A stretch of DNA of 64,000 nucleotides, taken from assembly GCA_017423025.1 (NCBI GenBank), contig JAFPGC010000030.1, forward strand, positions 9,133-73,132, in the 5' to 3' direction. Under the pieces are notes generated by a model. It did no database searches and was not told the DNA's origin. It saw only the letters and a program-made list of their open reading frames with translations. This DNA comes from Bacteroidales bacterium. GTDB taxonomy: Bacteria > Bacteroidota > Bacteroidia > Bacteroidales > UBA932. Made by a program: the position numbers and the translations under genes. Of the stretch, positions 35,243 to 46,300 are shown one piece after another; the stretch's first letter is position 1; each line of letters begins with the position of its first letter.

Positions 35243-36583
35243 ATGGAGGCTAAAAATTACATAGACTTGCTGGAGCTTCAAACCAGAATCAAGGAGAGCA
35301 TACAGGATGCCTTTCCGGGCCGATACTGGGTAAAAGCAGAAATTGCCTCCTGGAGCCCGCGGGCCAACGGTCACTGCTACTTGAGCCTCTCGCAAAGCCG
35401 CGGGGGAAAGTCCGTGGCGGAGGCCCGCGCCATGATCTGGAGCTGGAAATATCCCCAGCTCACCCAATTCTTCGAAATCAGTACCGGAGAGAAACTCCGC
35501 GCCGGCGTCACCGTGCTGGTGCAGGTGCAGGTGAATTTCAGCGAACTCTACGGAGTCAGCCTGTTCATCGAGAACATAGATCCGGCCTTCACCCTGGGAG
35601 AAAAAGCCCTGGAGCGCAAGAAGGCCATAGAGAAGCTGACGGCCGAAGGCTACATGGAAATGCAGAAGGAACTGGCCCTGCCGGACCTTCCGTATCGCCT
35701 GGCGGTAATTACGTCCCAGACGGCCGCCGGCTACCAGGACTTCCGCAATCACCTTCTGAACAACCCCGAGGGCTATGCCTTCCGGCTGGACCTCTTTGAG
35801 GCCCTGATGCAGGGAGAGCAGGCTCCCTCCTCCATCATGGACGCCCTGGAAGAGGCCGGGGAGAAGGGCTATGACGCCATCCTCCTTCTCCGCGGCGGCG
35901 GCAGCGAACTGGATCTGGCCTGCTTCGACGACTACGACCTGGCGGTAGCCATTGCCACCTGCCCCGTTCCGGTGGTAACGGCCATCGGCCATGACAAGGA
36001 TGTCCATATTGCCGATATGGTGGCCCACGTCTCCGTGAAAACGCCCACCGCCCTGGCAGACCTTTTCCTGGAAGCCTACGAGGCGCAGGATGCCCTCCTG
36101 GACCGCCTGGCCGGCCGCATCGGCACTTCGCTCCAGCGTCTGGTTTCGGCAGGCGAGCTTCGCGTAAGCCAGGCCGATGCCGCCATCCGGCAGGCCGTGC
36201 AGCGCCGCATCGGCACCCTTGAAATCCTGCTGCAAAGAAGCATCGGCCGCATTTCCAAGGGCCTGCTGCACAAATATGCCGACGTGGCACGCCTGAGGGA
36301 CAACGCCGCTCACCGGGTGCAGTTCGCCGCCCAGTCCCGCATCAGTGCCGAGGTCTCCAAGGTGGCGCTGAAAGAGGCCCTCATCAAGGCCTCGGACCCC
36401 CGCAACATCCTGGCCCTGGGCTACGTACTGGTCACCGGAAAGGACAACAAAGTCCTCAAAACCGTGGACAAGGTGGCCAAGGGAGACCGTATAGGCGTGC
36501 GCTTCAGCGACGGCTCCCTCACCGCCAAGGTGGACGAGGTGTACAGCGACAGAATAGATAATAACCAAGTTAAAACCGCATAG
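35243..36583 (+). CDS. xseA: Exodeoxyribonuclease VII large subunit
   Basis: WVKAEI...GHCYLSL OB fold, TAAGYQDF, RGGGS, TAIGHDKD, KTPTA, ILALGY. Confidence 0.95.
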   Translation: MEAKNYIDLLELQTRIKESIQDAFPGRYWVKAEIASWSPRANGHCYLSLSQSRGGKSVAEARAMIWSWKYPQLTQFFEISTGEKLRAGVTVLVQVQVNFSELYGVSLFIENIDPAFTLGEKALERKKAIEKLTAEGYMEMQKELALPDLPYRLAVITSQTAAGYQDFRNHLLNNPEGYAFRLDLFEALMQGEQAPSSIMDALEEAGEKGYDAILLLRGGGSELDLACFDDYDLAVAIATCPVPVVTAIGHDKDVHIADMVAHVSVKTPTALADLFLEAYEAQDALLDRLAGRIGTSLQRLVSAGELRVSQADAAIRQAVQRRIGTLEILLQRSIGRISKGLLHKYADVARLRDNAAHRVQFAAQSRISAEVSKVALKEALIKASDPRNILALGYVLVTGKDNKVLKTVDKVAKGDRIGVRFSDGSLTAKVDEVYSDRIDNNQVKTA

Positions 36584-36585
36584 TT

Positions 36586-36774
36586 ATGGCTCAGAAATTT
36601 GATTACGCCAAGGCCATTGCTGAACTTGAAGAGATCGCAGCCAAAGTGGAGAATCCGGAAACCAAGCTGGACGATATCGATGCCCTGGTGGGCCGGAGCA
36701 GGGAACTCCTGAAACAGTGCCGGGAGTACCTGAGAACCGTCAAGGAAAAAATAGATTCACTGGATAAGGAATAA
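36586..36774 (+). CDS. xseB: Exodeoxyribonuclease VII small subunit
   Basis: YAKAIAELEEI..KVE.....LDD coiled-coil pattern directly after xseA. Confidence 0.9.
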   Translation: MAQKFDYAKAIAELEEIAAKVENPETKLDDIDALVGRSRELLKQCREYLRTVKEKIDSLDKE

Positions 36775-36778
36775 GCCT

Positions 36779-38773
36779 ATGAAGAAAATTTACGAGCAAG
36801 ACCCCTGGCTCATGCCGTACAAGGACGCCATCGACGCCCGGCACGAGCATATCTGGCAGACACTGAAGCACATTGCCGGAGACGGCCTCCTCAAAGACGC
36901 CGTGAACAACCACCTCTATTACGGTCTGCACCAGTGCAAGGATGGCAGCTGGGTGTTCCGCGAATTCGCCCCCAACGCCTCCAAGATTTTCCTCATAGGA
37001 GACTGCAACAACTGGAAGCGCACCGACGCCTATGCCCTCAAACCCCTGGGCAACGGCAACTGGGAACTCCTGCTGCCGGAGATGTTCCTGCGCCACGGCC
37101 AGCTGTACAAGCTGTACATCGAATGGCCGGGCGGCGGCGGGGAACGCCTCCCTTCCTATGCCACCCGCGTGGTCCAGGACGAAGTGACCAAGGTCTTCAG
37201 CGCCCAGGTCTGGGCCCCCAAGCCCTACAAGTGGAAGCACGGCCACGCCGGCAAGCGCCCCAATCCGCTCATTTACGAGTGCCACATCGGCATGGCCTCG
37301 GAGAAGGAGAAAGTGGGCACCTTTGAAGAATTCCGCAAGGATGTCCTGCCCAAGGTGAAGGACCTGGGTTACGATACCATCCAGATCATGGCCCTGCAGG
37401 AGCACCCGTACTACGGTTCCTTCGGCTATCAGGTATCCAACTTCTTCGCCCTGAGCTCCCGCTTCGGCACGCCCGAAGAATTCAAGGCCCTGGTGGACGA
37501 CGCCCACGGAAAGGGCATAGCCGTCATCATGGACATCGTGCACAGCCACAGCGTGGAGAATACCCTGGAAGGCCTTTCCGAGTTTGACGGAACGGACCAC
37601 CTCTACTTCCACCAGGGACCTGCCGGCCGCCATCCGGCCTGGGGCTCCCGCTGTTTCGACTACGGCAAGGACGAGACCCGCTATTTCCTCCTGTCCAACG
37701 TCAAGTTCTGGATGGAAGAGTACCACATTGACGGTTTCCGCTTTGACGGCGTTACCTCCATGCTGTACTGGGACCACGGTCTGGGCAAGGATTTCGTGAA
37801 CTACGGCCTGTACTTCGACGGCGGTGTGGACGAAGACGCCGTCATCTACCTGGCCCTGGCCACCCGCCTGGTGAAGGAAATGAACCCCGCCGGCTTCTCC
37901 ATTGCCGAAGACATGTCCGGCATGGCCGGTCTGGCCGCCCCCTTCGAGGCGTTTGGCGTGGGCTTCGACTTCCGCATGTCCATGGGCATCGCAGACCACT
38001 GGATCAAGTGGATCAAGGAGCGCAGCGACGAGCAGTGGTCCATGGGGGAAATCTGGTGGGAGCTCTCCGGCAAGCGCGTGGACGAGAAGACCATCTCCTA
38101 TGCCGAATGCCACGACCAGGCCCTGGTGGGGGACAAGACCATCATCTTCCGCCTCATGGACAAGGAGATGTACTTCGCCATGCGCCGTGACAGCCAGAAC
38201 GGCATCGTGGACCGCGGCGTGGCCCTGCACAAGCTCATCCGCCTGGTTACGGCCGGTACCGCCGGAGACGGCTACCTCACCTTCATGGGAAACGAGTTCG
38301 GCCATCCCGAATGGATCGACTTCCCCCGCGAGGGGAACGGCTGGTCGTTCAAATATGCCCGCCGGCAGTGGTCATTGGCCGATAATGAAGACCTCCGCTA
38401 CGGAGATCTCCGCCGTTTTGACAAGGAAATGATCCATCTTTTCAAGAAAGAGGGACTCCTCAAGGTCCATCCCGAACTTCTGGTGGCCGATGAAGAGAAG
38501 AAAATCTTGATTTTCAAACGGAAAAACTGTATCTTTGCACTCAATTTCTCCCCCGCAGGTTCGTTCGCCGACTACGGCGTATCGGCACCGGCGGGTGACT
38601 ACGTGGTTGTACTGGACTCCGACGAGCCCAGATTTGACGGTTTCGGCCGGCTGAAAGAAGGGGAGCGCCACGTAGCCCTTAATGAGAGATGTCCCAACGG
38701 GAACCAGGGTTACGACCACACCCTCAAGTTGTACCTGCCCGCCAGGACGGCAATTGTATTGAAGCAAGTATAA
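36779..38773 (+). CDS. glgB: 1,4-alpha-glucan branching enzyme (GH13)
   Basis: FREFAPNA (CBM48), IYECHIG, SFGYQ, DGFRFDGVTSM, IAEDMSG, YAECHDQ, FMGNEFGHPEWIDFPR. Confidence 0.94.
   Translation: MKKIYEQDPWLMPYKDAIDARHEHIWQTLKHIAGDGLLKDAVNNHLYYGLHQCKDGSWVFREFAPNASKIFLIGDCNNWKRTDAYALKPLGNGNWELLLPEMFLRHGQLYKLYIEWPGGGGERLPSYATRVVQDEVTKVFSAQVWAPKPYKWKHGHAGKRPNPLIYECHIGMASEKEKVGTFEEFRKDVLPKVKDLGYDTIQIMALQEHPYYGSFGYQVSNFFALSSRFGTPEEFKALVDDAHGKGIAVIMDIVHSHSVENTLEGLSEFDGTDHLYFHQGPAGRHPAWGSRCFDYGKDETRYFLLSNVKFWMEEYHIDGFRFDGVTSMLYWDHGLGKDFVNYGLYFDGGVDEDAVIYLALATRLVKEMNPAGFSIAEDMSGMAGLAAPFEAFGVGFDFRMSMGIADHWIKWIKERSDEQWSMGEIWWELSGKRVDEKTISYAECHDQALVGDKTIIFRLMDKEMYFAMRRDSQNGIVDRGVALHKLIRLVTAGTAGDGYLTFMGNEFGHPEWIDFPREGNGWSFKYARRQWSLADNEDLRYGDLRRFDKEMIHLFKKEGLLKVHPELLVADEEKKILIFKRKNCIFALNFSPAGSFADYGVSAPAGDYVVVLDSDEPRFDGFGRLKEGERHVALNERCPNGNQGYDHTLKLYLPARTAIVLKQV
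38530..38537 (+). promoter_or_regulatory. Possible internal -7 element inside glgB driving downstream glycogen genes
   Basis: TATCTTTG(C) within an AT-rich island of an otherwise GC-rich CDS, about 245 nt before the next ATG. Confidence 0.5.
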
Positions 38774-38783
38774 ACCTATATCT

Positions 38784-40712
38784 ATGGCTTTTTTGAAATT
38801 CAACAAGTCGGAGCTGGTGAATCTTGAGTATTCCCTCAAGCGAGAGATTCTCCTGGCCAACAAGACCGGTGCGTTCTGCAGTACGTCCATCGTTACCTGC
38901 AACACACGTCGCTACCACGGCCTCCTGGCTGTTCCGGTGGCCAAATTCGACGGATACCGGTATCTGCTGCTGAGTTCCCTGGATGAGAGCCTTACCCTGC
39001 GCGGCAAGCGCTTCAATCTGGGAATTCACTGCTACGGAGACATTTACGAGCCCCGCGGTCACAAGTACATCGTGGACTTTGACGCGGATCCCGTTCCCTG
39101 CATCACCTACAAGATCGGGGAAATCGTTTTCCGCAAGCGCTTAGCCCTTACTCCGGACCAGAACCAGGTGCTCATCCAGTACGAGCTGGTGAAAGCCCCG
39201 GCCAAGGTCAAACTGGAACTCAAGCCTTTCCTGGCTTTCCGCAGCGTCCATTTCCTGACCCAGGAGAACGACGCCGCCAAGACGGATTTCGTTCCTGTCC
39301 AGAACGGCGCCGCCTTCTGCCTCTATGAAGACTTCCCGGTGCTGAACATCCAGCTCAGCACCGCGTCCTCCTCCTTCAAGGCCAACCCCGTTTGGTACAA
39401 GGGCGTCACGTATTCCGACGAGATGCGCCGCGGCTTCGACTGCCGCGAAGATCTCCTGGTCCCCGGTACCTTCGAGGTGGATCTCCACAGCGGCGACACC
39501 CTGGTGGTTAGCGCCGCCGCCGGCGAGCCCGTGAACGCCTCGGGCCTCAAGCGCCGCTTCAATGCGGTGGTGGAGAAAATCGGCCCCATCAATTCCTTCC
39601 ACGACCAGCTGGTCCGCCAGGCCGATACCCTCATCCGCGAGGATGGCGGCGTCAAGCGCGTGGTGGCCGGTTACAGCTGGCTGTATACGGGCCTGCTGAG
39701 AGAGACCCTGATGTCCCTTCCCGGCCTTACCCTGTACGGGAAGAACAGCCCCAAGGAATTCGAAGAGATCCTGGACAACCTCATCGCCGCCAATCAGGAG
39801 CGTCTGAGACGCCGCACCACGCAGGTGGAGGCTCCGCTGTTCCTGGCCGTGACCCTGCAGCAGTACATCGCTTACATCGGGCACGCCAAGGCGGTCTGGG
39901 AGAAATATGGTCCCATCATGAAGACCATCATCGAGAGTTACCTGCCCGGCGGCCGCCAGGAGGTAGCCATGTTGCCCAACGGCCTCCTGTGGGCCCAGAA
40001 GGACGGTGTGGCCCTTACCTGGATGAACGCCTATATCAACGGCCGCGCCGTTACGGAGCGCGCCGGCTATCAGGTAGAGACCAACGCCCTCTGGTATAAC
40101 GCCATCTGCTTCGCCCTGGAGCACGAGAAAAAGAACGGCGCCTTCGCCAAGAAGTGGACTCCGGTCAAGGAACTCCTGGAGAAGAATTTCGAGCGCACCT
40201 TCTGGAATGCCGACCTGGGCTTCCTGGCCGATTACGTGGACAACGGCGGCCAGCACATGGAACTGCGTCCCAACCAGCTGTGGGCCGTCTCGCTGGACCA
40301 CCGCTGCGTAAGTGACGAGGTAGTGAGCGAGGTCATGCGCCTGGTGAACGCCGAGCTCCTGACCCGCCGCGGCATCCGCACCCTGAGCCCCCGCGACATC
40401 CGCTACAAGGGCGTGTACGAAGGTTCCCAGCCGGAGCGTGACGAGGCCTACCACAATGGCTGCGCCTGGCCTTTCCTGCTGGCCCAATACTGCTATGTCG
40501 GCTTCAATATGATGGGCTCCGGCTTCATCAGGAAGGCCGAATGGGCCACCGAAGGCTTCTACGAAGACCTTTCCAAGCACGGCGTGGGCTGCTTCTCCGA
40601 GCTTTACGACGGAGATCCGCCGCACGAGCCCCACGGGGCCATCTCATCGGCCATGACCACCGCCGCTCTCCTGAATATCAATTGGCTCATCAATAAATAC
40701 AGGGAGGATTAA
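38784..40712 (+). CDS. Glycogen debranching enzyme (GDE_N + amylo-alpha-1,6-glucosidase, GH133-like)
   Basis: NTRRYHGLL, AGYSW, LTWMNA, VETNALWYNA, LRPNQ, GIRTLSP, AYHNG, SELYDGDPP. Confidence 0.9.
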   Translation: MAFLKFNKSELVNLEYSLKREILLANKTGAFCSTSIVTCNTRRYHGLLAVPVAKFDGYRYLLLSSLDESLTLRGKRFNLGIHCYGDIYEPRGHKYIVDFDADPVPCITYKIGEIVFRKRLALTPDQNQVLIQYELVKAPAKVKLELKPFLAFRSVHFLTQENDAAKTDFVPVQNGAAFCLYEDFPVLNIQLSTASSSFKANPVWYKGVTYSDEMRRGFDCREDLLVPGTFEVDLHSGDTLVVSAAAGEPVNASGLKRRFNAVVEKIGPINSFHDQLVRQADTLIREDGGVKRVVAGYSWLYTGLLRETLMSLPGLTLYGKNSPKEFEEILDNLIAANQERLRRRTTQVEAPLFLAVTLQQYIAYIGHAKAVWEKYGPIMKTIIESYLPGGRQEVAMLPNGLLWAQKDGVALTWMNAYINGRAVTERAGYQVETNALWYNAICFALEHEKKNGAFAKKWTPVKELLEKNFERTFWNADLGFLADYVDNGGQHMELRPNQLWAVSLDHRCVSDEVVSEVMRLVNAELLTRRGIRTLSPRDIRYKGVYEGSQPERDEAYHNGCAWPFLLAQYCYVGFNMMGSGFIRKAEWATEGFYEDLSKHGVGCFSELYDGDPPHEPHGAISSAMTTAALLNINWLINKYRED

Positions 40713-40715
40713 GTT

Positions 40716-42005
40716 ATGAGAGTACTTATGTTCGGTTGGGAGTTTCCTCCCCATATCGCAGGCGGTCTGGGTACGGCTTGCGAAGGCATTGTCAAGGGCC
40801 TGGCCTACAACGGCGTCGAAACCCTGTTCGTGATGCCGTCGGCCTCCGGAGACGAAGACCAGAGCGTCACCACCATCATCAACGCCTCGGACGTGGCAGT
40901 AGACAACGTGTCCGAGACCGTGGAAGAATACCTGGACAAGGTCAAGTTCATCCACATCGGCTCCAACCTGGTCCCTTACGCCGACCCCGAGGAATTCGGC
41001 AAGCTGGTAGAAGAGGACAAGAAGCGCCAGGTGAAGGACTTCTCCATCAGCTTCGGCCAGAAGTTCAAATTCTCCGGCAAGTACGGCGCCAACCTCATGG
41101 AAGAAGTGGCCCGTTACGCCATGGTGGGTGGTACCATCGCCATGCAGCGCAAGGATGAATTCGACGTCATCCACGCCCACGACTGGCTCACCTACTATGC
41201 CGGCATCGCCGCCAAGGAGCTCACCGGCAAGCCGCTGGTCATCCACGTGCACGCCACCTCCTTCGACCGCGGCAGCGTGGACAATATTGATACCCGCGTC
41301 TTCGCCATCGAGAAGAAGGGCATGGAAATGGCCGACCGCGTGGTCACCGTGAGCGACCTCACCCGCACCACCGTCATCAACCGTTACGGCATCAATCCCG
41401 ACAAGGTGGTCACCGTGCACAACGCGGTGGACTTCAGCGGCCGTGAGAACCTGGTGGTGGAGCGCGGCGTCAAGGAGCCCGTGGTCACCTTCCTGGGCCG
41501 TATCACCTACCAGAAAGGTCCCGAATACTTCATCGAGGCGGCCGCCAAGGTGCTCAAGCGCACCAAGAACGTCCGTTTCGTGATGGCCGGCAGCGGTGAC
41601 ATGATGAACCGGGCCATCCGCCATGCGGCCCGCCTGGGCATCAGCGACCGCTTCCACTTTACCGGCTTCCTCCGGGGTATGGATGTGCAGAAGATGTTCG
41701 CCCTTTCGGACGTTTACATCATGCCTTCCATCTCGGAACCCTTCGGCATTTCTCCTCTGGAGGCCATGCGTACGGGTGTTCCGTCCATCATCTCCAAGCA
41801 GTCCGGCGCCGCCGAGGTGCTCAAATACGCCTTCAAGGTGGACTTCTGGGATGTGGACGCCATGGCCGACGACATCTACGCCCTCCTCTCTTATCCGGCC
41901 CTCGCGGATTTCAGCGCCCGCATGGGTTATGACGAGGTGAACGCCCTCAAGTGGAACGGCGCCACCGCCAAGCTCAAGAAAGTTTATGAATCAGTAGTAA
42001 AATAA
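40716..42005 (+). CDS. GT4 glycosyltransferase (glycogen-cluster type)
   Basis: GWEFPPHIAGGLG, HAHDW, GRITYQKG, EPFGISPLEAM (EX7E). Confidence 0.9.
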   Translation: MRVLMFGWEFPPHIAGGLGTACEGIVKGLAYNGVETLFVMPSASGDEDQSVTTIINASDVAVDNVSETVEEYLDKVKFIHIGSNLVPYADPEEFGKLVEEDKKRQVKDFSISFGQKFKFSGKYGANLMEEVARYAMVGGTIAMQRKDEFDVIHAHDWLTYYAGIAAKELTGKPLVIHVHATSFDRGSVDNIDTRVFAIEKKGMEMADRVVTVSDLTRTTVINRYGINPDKVVTVHNAVDFSGRENLVVERGVKEPVVTFLGRITYQKGPEYFIEAAAKVLKRTKNVRFVMAGSGDMMNRAIRHAARLGISDRFHFTGFLRGMDVQKMFALSDVYIMPSISEPFGISPLEAMRTGVPSIISKQSGAAEVLKYAFKVDFWDVDAMADDIYALLSYPALADFSARMGYDEVNALKWNGATAKLKKVYESVVK

Positions 42006-42011
42006 GATATT

Positions 42012-43295
42012 ATGGCATCTAAGAGTATCTGCCTGTATTTCCAGGTCCATCAGCCCACCCGGCTCCGCCTGTACAGATTCTTCGATATCGGCAAGGATTC
42101 CCATTATTATGACGACTTTGCCAACCGGACCATCCTGCGCCGCGTAGCCCAGAAGTGCTACCTTCCGATGAACAAGCTCATGCTGGAGCTCATCGGCCAG
42201 TACAAGGGTAAGTTCAAGATTGCCTATTCCATCTCCGGCAGCGCCCTGGAGCAGTTCCAGCGTTTTGCTCCGGAGGTCATCGAGAGCTTCAAGGCCCTCG
42301 CCGCCACCGGTCGCGTAGAGTTCCTGGCCGAGACCTACTACCACTCGCTGGCCTCGCTGGCTTCCGAGTCGGAGTTCCGTCACCAGGTTCAGAAGCACGC
42401 CGCCCTCATCGAGCAGCTCTTCGGCGTCAAGCCCGTCACCTTCCGCAACACGGAGCTCATCTACTCCAACGGAATTGGTGAAATGGTGTACGACATGGGC
42501 TACAAGACCATGCTCACCGAGGGTGCCCGCCACATCATGGGTTGGCAGAGCCCCAACTACGTGTACACCGGCGAGACCCAGCCCAAGCTCAAGCTCCTGC
42601 TCCGCAACTACAGCCTCTCCGACGACATTGCCTTCCGTTTCTCCAACAAGGGATGGAACATGTGGCCCCTGACCGCCGAGAAGTATGTGAACTGGATGAA
42701 GGAGAGCGCCAAGGAAGGTGATATCGTGAACCTGTTCATGGACTACGAGACCTTCGGAGAGCACCAGAGCGAGGAAAGCGGCATCTTTGAGTTCATGCGC
42801 AGCCTTCCCGGTGCCGTGCTGGCCGACGGAACCTTCGGCTTCGCCACGCCCGCCGAGGTAGTGAAGAAGTACAAACCCGTTTCGGACATCGCCGTCGAAG
42901 ATCCCATCTCCTGGGCCGATGAAGAGCGCGACGTCACCGCCTGGCTGGGCAACGAGCTCCAGAGCGAGGCCTACAAGAAGGTATACGCCATGACGGAGAA
43001 GCTCTCCATCGTGAACGATTTCGACCTCTGGAACGACTTCGGCCATCTGCAGGAAAGCGACCACTTCTATTATATGTGCACCAAGTTCTTCTCTGACGGA
43101 GAGGTGCACAAGTACTTTAACCCGTATGATACCCCCTACGAGGCCTTCATCAACTACATGAACGTGATTTCCGACTTCCAGATCCGTCTGGACGAGAAGC
43201 GTGCCGCCCTGGACGTGAAGGAAACCGCCCACAAAGAGATGAAGAAGGCTCCTGCCAAGAAGGCCGTGCGTAAGACTGTAGCGAAGAAGAAATAA
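42012..43295 (+). CDS. GH57 alpha-amylase-like protein
   Basis: YFQVHQP, ETYYHS, FRNTELIY, FMDYETFGEH, SWADEERD, SDHFYYM. Confidence 0.92.
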   Translation: MASKSICLYFQVHQPTRLRLYRFFDIGKDSHYYDDFANRTILRRVAQKCYLPMNKLMLELIGQYKGKFKIAYSISGSALEQFQRFAPEVIESFKALAATGRVEFLAETYYHSLASLASESEFRHQVQKHAALIEQLFGVKPVTFRNTELIYSNGIGEMVYDMGYKTMLTEGARHIMGWQSPNYVYTGETQPKLKLLLRNYSLSDDIAFRFSNKGWNMWPLTAEKYVNWMKESAKEGDIVNLFMDYETFGEHQSEESGIFEFMRSLPGAVLADGTFGFATPAEVVKKYKPVSDIAVEDPISWADEERDVTAWLGNELQSEAYKKVYAMTEKLSIVNDFDLWNDFGHLQESDHFYYMCTKFFSDGEVHKYFNPYDTPYEAFINYMNVISDFQIRLDEKRAALDVKETAHKEMKKAPAKKAVRKTVAKKK

Positions 43296-43300
43296 GGTCG

Positions 43301-46300
43301 ATGGCAAAGAAAAACGAGTTATTGCAGGCCGATTACCTGTTTGAAGTTAGTTGGGAAGTGTGTAACAAGGTGGGCGGTATTTATACCGTGATTGCCACCA
43401 AAGCACTTCATTTGCAGTCCGAATTGGGCCGGCGCCACATTTTCATCGGTCCCGATGTGTGGATGCACCGCACAGACAACCCGGACTTCCTGGAAGATCC
43501 CATGCTGTACCGTTCGTGGAAGGCACAGGCCCTGACCGAGGGCCTGACCCTCCGCATCGGCCGGTGGAACATTCCCGGCAAGCCCGTCGCCATCCTGGTG
43601 GACTACAAGCAGCATCTGCCCGAGGCCGATACCATCCTGGGAGACCTCTGGACAGAGTTTGGCGTAGACTCCCTGTCCGGCAACTGGGACTACAAGGAAT
43701 CGGCCGTATTCGGCGTATTGGCCGGAAGGGTAATCGAGAGCTTTTACAATTACAACCTCAAGGGAGGGGAGAAGGTGGTGGCCCAGTTCCACGAGTGGCA
43801 GACGGGCGCCGGTGTGCTGGAACTGAAGAAGTCCTCCGTGCCCGTGGCTACGGTGTTCACCACCCACGCCACCATGATGGGCCGTTGCCTGGCCGGCAAC
43901 AACCTGCCCCTGTACGACCATATCGAGCAGTACAACGGAGACGAGATGGCCCGCCGCTTCAACGTGATGGCCATTTACTCCCTCGAGAAAGTATCGGCCC
44001 AGAATGCCGATGCCTTTACTACTGTGAGCGAGATTACCGCCAAGGAGTGCGAGCAGTTCCTGGGACGTCCCGTGGACGTGGTTACGCCCAACGGTTTCGA
44101 GAACAGCTTCACGCCGGCCTCGGACAAGGAATACGAGCGGCTGCACGATGCCGCCCGCGACCGGCTGGTCCAGGTAGCAACGGCCATGAGCGGCGAAGAG
44201 GTGCCTTCCAATGCCATTTTCATTGGAATCGGCGGCCGTTACGAGTACCGTAACAAGGGCATCGATGTGTTCATTGACGCCCTTGACAAACTGAATGAAT
44301 CCAATTACGAAGGACGCAGCATCCAGGCCTTCATCATGATTCCTTCCGGCCATCACGGTCCGGACAAGGAACTGGTGGCCAAGCTCTCCGGTAACGGGAA
44401 TCCCGAATACAGGACCCAGACTTCGCATTATCTCATGAATGCGGAGTACGATACGGTCACCGGCCGGCTGCGTGAAGTGGGCCTCACCAACGCCCTGGGC
44501 GACAAGGTGAAGGTGTACTTCATCCCTTCCTACCTGAACGGGGACGACGGCGTGTTCAACATGCCCTATTACGACCTCCTTTGCGGTCTGGACCTGGCCC
44601 TGTTCCCGTCCTATTATGAACCCTGGGGGTATACCCCGCTGGAGGCCCTGGCCTTCCGGGTACCCACCCTTACCACCACCCTGGCCGGATTCGGGATGTG
44701 GGTGCGTTCCCACTACAAAGGCAAGCATCCCGGCATTACGGTGCTGGACCGCGACGACAACAATTACAGCCAGGTAGTGGATGGCGTCATGGCCCGTATC
44801 CGGGAGATTGCTGAGCTGGATCTGGACCAGCGCAACGCCTACCGGGAAAATGCCCGGAAAGTGGCCCAGATTGCCCTCTGGGCCAACCAGATAGTGTATT
44901 ATCAGAAGGCCTATTCCCTGGCTCTTAACAAAGTGCTGGGACAAATAGACACTTACAAATCCCAAAAGAAGACTATGCAATATTTTAAAGCCGACGTTAC
45001 CAGCCCCAGCTGGAGAAGCATCCTGGTAACCCGACACCTTCCCGAGAAACTCTCCCGCCTGGAGAAACTTTCCAAGAACCTTTGGTGGTGCTGGAACGAG
45101 AGCGCGAAGGACCTGTTCAAATCCATTGATCCCGATGTGTGGCACAAGAGCGGCCACAACCCGCTGGTGGTGCTGGATACCGTGAGTATCAAGCGTTTCC
45201 AGCAGCTGTCCGAAGACAAGGACTTCCTGGCCCGCATGAAGAGCGTGCTGGACGAGTTCGATACTTACATGGCAGCCAAGTCCCAGCGCAAAGACCCTTC
45301 CATCGCCTATTTCTGCATGGAATACGGTCTGGACACCTCCCTTAAGATTTACTCCGGCGGTCTGGGTATCCTGGCCGGCGACTACCTCAAGGAAACCTCC
45401 GATATGAACACCAACCTGGTGGCCGTGGGTCTTCTGTACCGTTACGGTTACTTCAACCAGGTGCTCAGCGCCCAGGGGTATCAGGTAGCCGGTTATGACG
45501 CCCAGGACTTTACCAAGATTCCCGCCGTGCCCGTGATGGACAAGGACGGCAACTGGGTCACCACTTCCGTGGCGTTCCCGGGCCGCAACATCACCGCCCG
45601 TCTTTGGAAGGTGGAAGTGGGCCGTACCGACCTGTACCTGATGGATGCCGACTACGAGGCCAACCGCGCCGAAGACCGTGAGGTGACCTATCATCTCTAC
45701 GGCGGCAGCTGGGAGAACCGCCTCAAGCAGGAGCTCCTGCTGGGCGTGGGCGGTATCCGCGCCCTGCGCAAGCTGGGCCTGGATCCCCAGGTATACCACT
45801 GCAACGAAGGCCATGCCGCTTTCATCGGCCTGGAGCGCCTGCGCGAGTATATTGAAAAGGACAACCTGGACTTCTCCGAGGCCCTGGAAGTGGTGCGCGC
45901 CAGCTCGCTGTTCACCACCCATACGCCGGTTCCCGCCGGTCACGATGCCTTTGAGGAGCCCCTGCTTCGCCAGTACATCGGCCATTATCCCGGCCGCCTG
46001 AAGATTGACTGGGAAACCCTCATGTCCCTGGGTAAGGACAATCCGCTGGATCCCAACGAGAAGTTCTCCATGAGCAACCTTGCCGCCAATATCTCGCAGA
46101 ATATCAATGGTGTATCCATGCTGCACGGCAAGGTGTCCCAGGAAATCTTCTCCCACATGTACCCGGGTTACCTGCCCGAGGAGCTCTTCGTGAGCTATGT
46201 GACCAACGGCGTTCACTATCCTACCTGGTGCGCCCCCGAGTGGAAACCCGTGCACGCTCGCGTGTTCGGTCCCGCCTTCGCCACTCACCATTACGACAAG

